In this document: positions 10,057 to 17,082 of the stretch, in pieces | How positions within the stretch are numbered: the stretch's first letter is position 1 | How the letters are laid out: every line of letters begins with the position of its first letter | Origin: Octopus sinensis | Lineage: Eukaryota | Assembly: GCF_006345805.1 (NCBI RefSeq) | Contig: NW_021824953.1 | Span: 1-17,082 of the forward strand | Direction: 5' to 3' | Length of the DNA: 17,082 bases | Position numbers and translations under genes: made by a program | Notes under the pieces: generated by a model | Told to the model about the DNA's origin: nothing | Databases searched by the model: none | The model's input: only the letters and a program-made list of their open reading frames with translations

Positions 10057-10226
10057 TTGGTGAAATTGATTAATAACTAATTAAGTTTACCCTCAATATT
10101 GATATATATATATATTATATATATCAATAATTGAGGGTAAACTTAATAGTTATTAATCAATTTCACCAAGTAGTGTTCAGTATGTTAAAAGGACCATTAA
10201 GGCGTATTCAAAATATTACATATAAT
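10057..10226. repeat. Partial further copy of the centre of the 9551-10022 palindrome
   Basis: TTGGTGAAATTGATTAATAAC...CCTCAATATTG-(TA)n-CAATAATTGAGGG...GGCGTATTCAAAATATTACA repeats about 9721-9900. Confidence 0.85.
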
Positions 10227-10290
10227 ATATATTATATATATAATATAATCTATATTATATCTATATATTATATATAATATATATGTTATA

Positions 10291-10985
10291 CAATACAAAA
10301 TGGGACAAGAATGCAAGGCAACCAGATAGTTAGGGGATACAAAAAGGGGACAACGAAATATCCACACAGGCGTTACAAGGAAAACAAGGATGGGTCATTC
10401 GAAGTTTTCTATCCTCAGTAGAGTTCCAGATTATCTTTGCAATTTCGGCTGGTTATACTCGAGATTGCTACAATCTGGCCACCCCAAGGAAAAAATAAGC
10501 TAAGAGCATTAGATTCCTTGGAAGAAAGCAGCGAATGTGTATGAAAACAAGGACGGAAAATGTTACAATGCAATTAACAGGACATAACAACAGGTGTCTT
10601 TCGACTAAGGACGAATTAAATTAAGCTGGCATGTGTAGAAGTAAAGCCTTACAACAGGAACATGCGATATAACAGGCACAGGGAGGAATATAGATGCTGC
10701 ACGGATGATAGTCGATCCAAGAAAGAAAGGTCAGGCCTGGCCGAACACCGGTCACGAGGGGAGAGAAGAGAGAGAGGCACAGGGCTAGAAGAATTAAGGA
10801 GGGGCGAGAAAAAATGAGACACAGTAAAGTGAGAGAGGAGAGAAAGTGAGCATGAAGTGAAGGTGAGGAAATGTGAGAGAGAGGGACGAAAGAACGAAGA
10901 GTGGAATGAAGGAAGAGTGTAAAATGACTGACAGAAGAAAGAAAAGAATGAAAGAATACAAAGAATAATAGAGTCGTACAAAATT
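10291..10985. mobile_element. Unclassified interspersed repeat embedded in a TA tract, possibly a Penelope-like 3' fragment on the minus strand
   Basis: A ~700 bp purine-skewed, higher-GC block with sharp TA-repeat boundaries on both sides and internal hairpins. No credible ORF. Confidence 0.4.
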
Positions 10986-11033
10986 TATACATATATATAA
11001 TACTCATATATATTATATCTATCTATCTATCTA

Positions 11034-11120
<87 letters not shown>
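10986..11120. repeat. (TATC)n/(TA)n microsatellite
   Basis: Seen directly. Confidence 0.95.
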
Positions 11121-11125
<5 letters not shown>

Positions 11126-11417
11126 TTCGAGATAAAACACTATTTTGCAAATCAAACAAGGAAAGACTTAAGATTAAAACTGACTAGAAGATCGGAAATC
11201 CACCTGACGAATGTCATTTGAAGACATGAAACAATTGTAGTGGCGATTTATTTACTTTATATTAAAATTTTTTATGTATTGATTAAGTCTTCCTTGTTGA
11301 TTTGGCAAAATAGTGGTTTTGTCTCGAATTAATATTATATAAATATTTACTATAAAATTGGATTTAATCCTAAATCTGATTTTTTTCCCTGTAAATTTGG
11401 ATTTATTCCCTAATATT

Positions 11418-11422
<5 letters not shown>
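11121..11422 (+). mobile_element. Fold-back Penelope-like (pLTR-derived) element with hammerhead ribozyme, copy 2
   Basis: ~51 bp inverted repeats (11121-11171/11283-11333), an internal hammerhead, and a 3' tail (ATCCTAAATCTGATTTTT...GGATTTATTCCCTAATATTTATTA) shared with about 4205-4258. Flanked by TA repeats. Confidence 0.75.
11200..11243 (+). ncRNA. Minimal type I hammerhead ribozyme
   Basis: CCAC-CTGACGA-ATGTC-ATTTGAA-GACAT-GAAA-CAATTG-TA-GTGG with an intact core. Predicted cleavage after GUA at 11239. Confidence 0.9.
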
Positions 11423-11457
<35 letters not shown>

Positions 11458-11500
11458 TAGATATATATATATATATATAATATATATATATATATAATAT
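11423..11500. repeat. (TA)n microsatellite
   Basis: Seen directly. Confidence 0.95.
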
Positions 11501-11539
11501 GAGTATGTATACATGTTGCGTGTATATATATATACAATT

Positions 11540-11658
11540 GGGCCTGCTCGCTTAGGCAGCGGGGTGACGTGATTTGAAGGCTAAAACAATGCGAGGCGCA
11601 TTGTGACCAGCGATGTGTAGCAACATCTAATAGACTGGTCGGTCCCGTGATCACGCGA
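11540..11658 (-). mobile_element. Unclassified ~118 bp structured repeat, copy 2 (inverted relative to copy 1)
   Basis: Reverse complement matches 3628-3745. Flanked by the direct repeat TATACATGTTGCGTGT. Confidence 0.85.
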
Positions 11659-11809
11659 TATATATATATGTATATACATGTTGCGTGTGTGTGTGTATAT
11701 ATATATATATGTGTGTGGTGTGGTGTGTGTGTGTGTGTACACACATACATGCGTATGCATAGATATCACCATTTGCAGCAGCAGTAGCATTTCTCGCCGT
11801 CTCTGCCTG

Positions 11810-12002
11810 CGACAGATTGTGCATTGTTCTGAGATAGTTATCCCCCATAATAATCGATCTTTGGGAAGAGAGTTCAGAAAAATGTTGCCGCTGTCCATGC
11901 TGTAACGTTCCAATTCCATTTCTAAGGCTGCCGAGCTCTGTTGTTTTTTCTGTTGACGCCTTCCAAACAGATCTTCTTCGTTCATCCATTCCAGCTTGCA
12001 AC
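11810..12002 (-). pseudogene. Degenerate LINE (RTE-like) AP-endonuclease N-terminal fragment
   Basis: Minus strand reads VASWNG*T (cf. ASWNVRT), then after a frameshift SAALEMELERYSMD (cf. TALxAxELxRYxID), then after another shift FSEL (cf. LSET). Motif order is right, but there is a stop and there are frameshifts. Confidence 0.5.
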
Positions 12003-12447
12003 TTGTTTACTATTTAAGGACGTCATGAACGTCTGTTTCGCGGTAGATCTCTTCCAACAGGTAGCCATATCACATCACGACCAAACTTGATGTTGCTGCA
12101 GTATGGCCATATTCATTTCACTCAATCAATAAAAGAAATCAGAAATCATACCTGAGTTATAATTGCTTCATATTGAGCTAATTAATATATTCATTGATTT
12201 TTATATGTCCAATCCGTTAATATACATCCGTAGAATCACATATATCGATCTGCGAGAGACGATGCTTTTTTTTGTTTGAGTTTTTGAGTTTTACTTCGTT
12301 AAACTTTTAGCCTGAATAAATTGTGTTAATTGCTAAGAATCTATCGTTGTTGGAATTTTATTTGGGTTCTGTATAGTTAAAAAAAATTTTTTATATAAGA
12401 ATCAGTGAAATTCGTTGATTGGAACCAGTGCCACAAAATAGAGCAGG

Positions 12448-12700
12448 AAGAAGATCGTGGGAAGACAGACAGACAGACAGAAAGAATAAGTAGGGGTTAG
12501 AAGAAGAGAAGACAAAGAAGAACACGAATAAGATGGAGGAGAAGAAGTGTAGGAGGAAGACAAAGAAGAAATGACCAGAGAAGAAGCTATATAAAAGCAA
12601 AAACGATGACGATGATGACGACTACGAGTAGAGGTAGTGAGAAAACAAGATGATTCACTAATTAGATAGAGAGAGTTTTGAAAGAGAGAGAGAGAGAGAT
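12448..12700. repeat. Purine-rich low-complexity tract with (GACA)n, (GAA)n, (GAT/GAC)n and (GA)n
   Basis: Seen directly. Confidence 0.75.
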
Positions 12701-13360
12701 TAGACGAAACGGTTGTAGGTCTTCTTGATGTTTGCTTTTTGTGTCTTTCTTTATTGGAGGCGGTTTAGTGTTTATTAAAAAGCTAAGCAACAACAACAAC
12801 AACAATGGGTTAGTGGAATCAGGAATAGGAGAATGTTTAATGATGTGTATTCGACAGATTCTACCCCACCCCACCCACACACTCACACATACGGACAGAA
12901 GTGATAGGAAAGAAAGCGTAGAAGTGACACAATGTCAGATTGATATCTGACAAGCAAGTTTATCTTACGTCCGACAAATTTGAGAAGAGATAAATATGAA
13001 TTTCTCTTCTCTTAGTAAATTATACAAATATTTCCGATTTCCAAGCAAAAATATGTATAAACTGTAGAGTTTATACATATTGTATACATATGTACAATAT
13101 TGACTACTTATTTCTCTCGTATGTAAAAACAATGTATATAATATAATATATATATATATATATATATATAGTCAGGTAAAAAATAATAACTCGTAGAATA
13201 ATGTGGAAACTCGTCCACAGTTCTTGGCTACCTGATATCATCATAGAGTAGAAATGCATACGCTATTGGATTTACTTCAAGAATTGCATAGTGTCCGTGG
13301 AACTTAAATAAAACGATCAGAGATAGAAACTGGAATTCATGAGTTTCTTCATTCAAAATC

Positions 13361-13932
13361 TTTTAAAGCAAGATCCTTGCTATATCTTCTCGGCATTTCA
13401 CTTTGCCTTTTAATAATGTAGAGCTGGGTAGGTGTTGCCCTTTAGCAGCTCTCAGATAAAACTGAGAAACAAAAAACACCTACGGTCAAAAGTAAAATAC
13501 ACTGATAAAATTTCATAGACAAATAAAAAAAGTACATAAGATAAAACATACATGAAATCAATATAAAGATATAATTAATAGAAATCCCAAAAAATGCATT
13601 AAAGGCGTTCATTTGATTATAAACTCCCATCAGATAGAGGAAGAAAAAATTTCATAGACTAGGAAATAAAGAAAGGGCTAGATAATAGTTGGGGGTCAAA
13701 ATGCGACTGGTCACTGAGTACATGTCAGTTAGGCCTAATTTCCTTTCTTCTGAGTCTACCTGGCGTCTACCTTATCTTACGACAGATGTGTGCCTCCAAT
13801 TTAGAGTTAATGTATTACCATCAGTTTAATACCTCGTCTGAGAGCTGCTAGAATGCAACACCTACCCAGCTATACATTATTAAAAGGCGAAGTGAAATGG
13901 AAAAAATATATAGCGAGGATCTTGCTTTAAAA
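13361..13932. mobile_element. MITE-like or fold-back element with ~95-105 bp imperfect inverted repeats
   Basis: 13361-13456 (TTTTAAAGCAAGATCC...GCTGGGTAGGTGTTGC...AGCAGCTCTCAGA) is the reverse complement of 13837-13932. The spacer is ~380 bp and non-coding. Confidence 0.75.
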
Positions 13933-14087
13933 TTCCCCGAGGAAGTGAATTCAACACCTGTGATGCGAGACAATTGATTGCACAGCATCTCACACTTGAG
14001 CTACAGGTGCGAGAATGAATTAAAACAATGGTAGTGGATTTGGATAATCCTGTGAATTCCATTTTAGGTCTCTGATATATCTACGAA

Positions 14088-14205
14088 CACATGCATACAT
14101 ACATGCATACAGGCAGGTAAGCAGGCATACATATACATGCATGCATACACACACACACACACACACCACACACACACACACACATAACACACACACACAC
14201 ACACA
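14088..14205. repeat. (CATG/CATA)n and (CA)n microsatellite
   Basis: Seen directly. Confidence 0.9.
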
Positions 14206-14451
14206 GAAATCCACGTACGTGGATTTACGTAGCACGAATGAGAGTGAGAATGCTAACTCTATCTTGTAGTGGATATGGTTTTCATTAAAATTGAAACTGA
14301 AATCTTGTCTCGTAACTGGAAACTCTTGTCCAGTGTTTCCACCGGATGATACCAGGGGCGTAAAAGGGAAGTCTGGTGACAGACGTTCAGTTTCACTTTC
14401 CGTACACACTATATATACGTATATATACAAGTGAGTATGTATTAATGCCCT

Positions 14452-14528
14452 TTACCGGGCATTGCGTTCTACCCCTGAGCAAAACACTTCACTTCAGGTT
14501 GCTGCAGTCCACTCAGGTGAAAATAAGT
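14452..14528 (+). mobile_element. SINE body fragment, same family as 5485-5608
   Basis: TGAGCAAAACACTTCACTTCAGGTTGCTGCAGTCCACTCAG aligns without gaps to TGAGCAAAGCACTTTATTTCATACTGCTTCTGTCCGCTCTG. Confidence 0.6.
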
Positions 14529-15336
14529 GTTAACGTAATTTGGGGACAGTTCTGTATCTCCCCAACAGCGAATTCCCCGTTATTTTGCTGCACCAAGGTT
14601 TAAAAAGCAGGGAAGGTGCCCCTGTCTTCTAATAGGCGGCTAAATTAATAAGAGAAAGAATGGTACAAACTACCAAGTTATACTCGCTCGACAGTGTCGG
14701 CCGACCTTAGCCTAATCCTCTAAGATGCTGTCTAGACAGTTAGTCTAGACTTTACTTGCGAGGTTTAATGAGACTAAGATATACCAGAGTTGTCACTGTT
14801 CATGTCAAAGACCACATTTAGTCCTCACTGTATGTAATCCCCATCGAATTCTTAATTATTTTGGTTATCGGAATTTAGTCCCTTGTATTTCTTGACCAGA
14901 ATTAAATATCACATCTGATGATATTCTCTTTGTATGACGGGAGTACATTTCTTTAATTAAACTTGTTTATTGTTCCTTACAGCTTGTATGTTAGTTCTGA
15001 CTTAACTGCGTACGTTAAATAATTGTTTCATATAACAAAGTTGTTTTAGATAGCAGACGACCCCCAGTGAGTCAATACTTGACTGACAGACTGAATGACA
15101 TCAAACATTGTACATATTTTGATATTTCTCGTTGGTTGCCACATGCTAGTAGCAACAATAGACACTGACGGTCGATGAAAAATACTCGTGATTTAGCGAA
15201 GACCATTTTAACAAACAAAGAAAATAAAAAGTTTCCTCTATAAATTGCTTTGGAAATCGTGGTAAACATTAAATTATATCGCTGTTGCCGTTGTATTTAC
15301 AGCAACACTGCAACGAAGTGAACACAGACGACGATA

Positions 15337-15497
15337 TAGCTATGTGGTTAAGAATCTCGCACAAATTTGCTTTTGAGCCGCGTGGTTTTAGTTTCGATCT
15401 TCTGGTGCGACAATTTGCGCAGCTACCGTCTACCGTAGCTTTGGGTCAACGAAGGTGTTGGCAATGAAATTAGATGAACGGAAATCCGTCGGAAGAA
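15337..15497 (+). mobile_element. Degenerate tRNA-derived SINE, third family
   Basis: A-box-like TAGCTATGTGGTTAAG and B-box-like AGTTTCGATCT. The body resembles a recalled octopus SINE (…GCAAGTGTCTTCTACTATAGCC…GACGGAAAC). Confidence 0.5.
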
Positions 15498-16409
15498 ATG
15501 TTCCTTTTGGACGTTAGATTTAATCTATGGTTTAACGCAACCACCTGGTCCTTAGCTATCTTTGACCGATTCCAATTTGTGGGTTGCATGCATTCGGACC
15601 AGGTGCCTGGCTTGAAGATAACTTCCTCCTGCCATCTTTCCGCCAGTCACAAGAGCTTTGTCAAATGGTCATGACATCCCCTTACCAGCGAGAGAGGTGG
15701 GAGTAGATAAAGGGAGAGAGAGATTGAAAGAGAGAGAACGAAAGAAAGCAAAACTCTTGCAAGTCGTAGAAAGGATGTTATTAGCACTTTAAGACTGAAA
15801 CGGTAGATTAACAACAGACTTGGGTTGTTTAAAGTAATGAAGTCCTTTCTTCTTTGTCGTCAGTTCATAAACCATCTTTGAAAATATGATGAATAAACAT
15901 GACTCATAGCTTACAAGATGGCCGCCAACACAGCTCTGATTCCGTCTTGTATACAGTTCTATAAACAAAGAGAAAAAGAAAGGATGCATCAGTTTCCTTC
16001 AAATAGCTACTTGTTATGCTTCGATATACAATAGCGTTCATTCTTTTACATTCCTTTACGGTCTATCGAGACCTAGCTTTTGTTTTTATATATTGTTTTA
16101 CTCTTCTAGTTTCTCTGATCTTTGCTGTTATTTCACGGCAAACCCTCTCAAGTAACTCTACAGCTGCTGCTGCAACACCGCCTCCTCTTCCTTCCCCTCG
16201 CCTCCTCCCCGGTATGATTGTAAAGTTTACTCCATTAACACCTTCACTTAACATTGCTTCTCATCATCGTCCATAATGTTTAGAGCTACAACAACCAAAC
16301 ACATCGCCTCCATTTTTCTGTGGCTTTTCTTTCTTTACTTTCATGTTTTTTTTTGCTTTTCTTGAAATATATTTTATGCAATATATCGCTCGACGAGAAT
16401 TCACGCAAA

Positions 16410-16468
16410 CGCACACACATGTACGTATATAGACACAGAAGCACACATACCCACACACATATACACAC

Positions 16469-16501
<33 letters not shown>

Positions 16502-16670
16502 TATATATATATATATGTGTGTGCTCACATATGCATATGTATATACGTATACATATATACATACGTATGTATATATGCATATGCATATATATATATATCC
16601 TCACACGTATATAATATACTTATGGCTGTTATATATATATATATATCTATATATATATATATATATATAT

Positions 16671-16726
<56 letters not shown>
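16410..16726. repeat. Compound (CA)n/(TA)n/(GATA)n microsatellite
   Basis: Seen directly. Confidence 0.95.
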
Positions 16727-16727
<1 letters not shown>

Positions 16728-16884
16728 CACGCATATATGGATCTATATCTATCTACCTACCAATCTACACACACACATATATATTGATTTTACCAGTAAA
16801 ATTATCAGATTGTTTTATGACCTGCTGTGAGAATAAAACCTCTTGATCTCTACCCCTCATATAACTAAAATATTATCATTACTA

Positions 16885-16934
16885 GTTATTATTATTATTA
16901 TCATTATTATTATTACTATTATTATTATTATTAC

Positions 16935-16982
<48 letters not shown>

Positions 16983-17020
16983 CATCATTCGTAGTATCAT
17001 CATCATCATCATCATCATCA
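16885..17020. repeat. (ATT)n then (ATC)n trinucleotide repeats
   Basis: Seen directly. Confidence 0.95.
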
Positions 17021-17082
17021 GGTCTCCATGCTACTGTTTTTGTTTATTAGTTTCCATTTTTCATGAGTATTTTGGCTTCATT

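Noticed and set aside
10388-10425. Possible fourth hammerhead on the minus strand
   Set aside because: GAAA is replaced by GAAT and the stems are not convincing. Kept only as a lead.
12933-13010. Two short hairpins (TGTCAGAT/ATCTGACA and GAGAAGAGA/TCTCTTCTC)
   Set aside because: Stems of 8-9 bp are expected by chance in 17 kb of low-complexity DNA.
13225-13266. CTGATAT...GAAATGCATA with palindromic ATGCAT
   Set aside because: Core is not CUGANGA, and stems I and II do not pair.
14914-14950. CTGATGA followed by a TATTCTC/GGGAGTA stem
   Set aside because: The stem is followed by CATTT rather than GAAA, so the core is incomplete.
188-16734. Many ORFs rich in HT, CV, YI or LS dipeptides
   Set aside because: They are translations of CA/GT/TA/CT microsatellites, which lack stop codons. 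No domain-like sequence.

Overview
AT-rich eukaryotic non-coding DNA (intronic or intergenic) with very dense microsatellites. The repeat families resemble those I recall from octopus/cephalopod genomes (inference, not a database result). No intact protein-coding gene is supported, and nearly all listed ORFs are translations of CA/GT/TA/GA repeats. The main signal is a family of short non-coding fold-back elements inserted in (TA)n tracts that carry minimal type I hammerhead ribozymes. There are three motifs (3958-4021 minus, 4085-4148 plus, 11200-11243 plus), and their palindromic stem III covaries between copies (CGATCG vs CAATTG). The architecture of inverted arm, ribozyme, arm and unpaired tail matches Penelope-like element pLTRs or non-autonomous ribozyme-bearing retroelements. 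A second TA-embedded family with the same arm-plus-tail layout forms a ~470 bp nested palindrome (9551-10022). The window also has tRNA-derived SINE remnants, a mariner-type MITE, a second MITE-like inverted repeat, probable RTE-LINE fragments and a structured ~118 bp repeat present in 2-3 copies.
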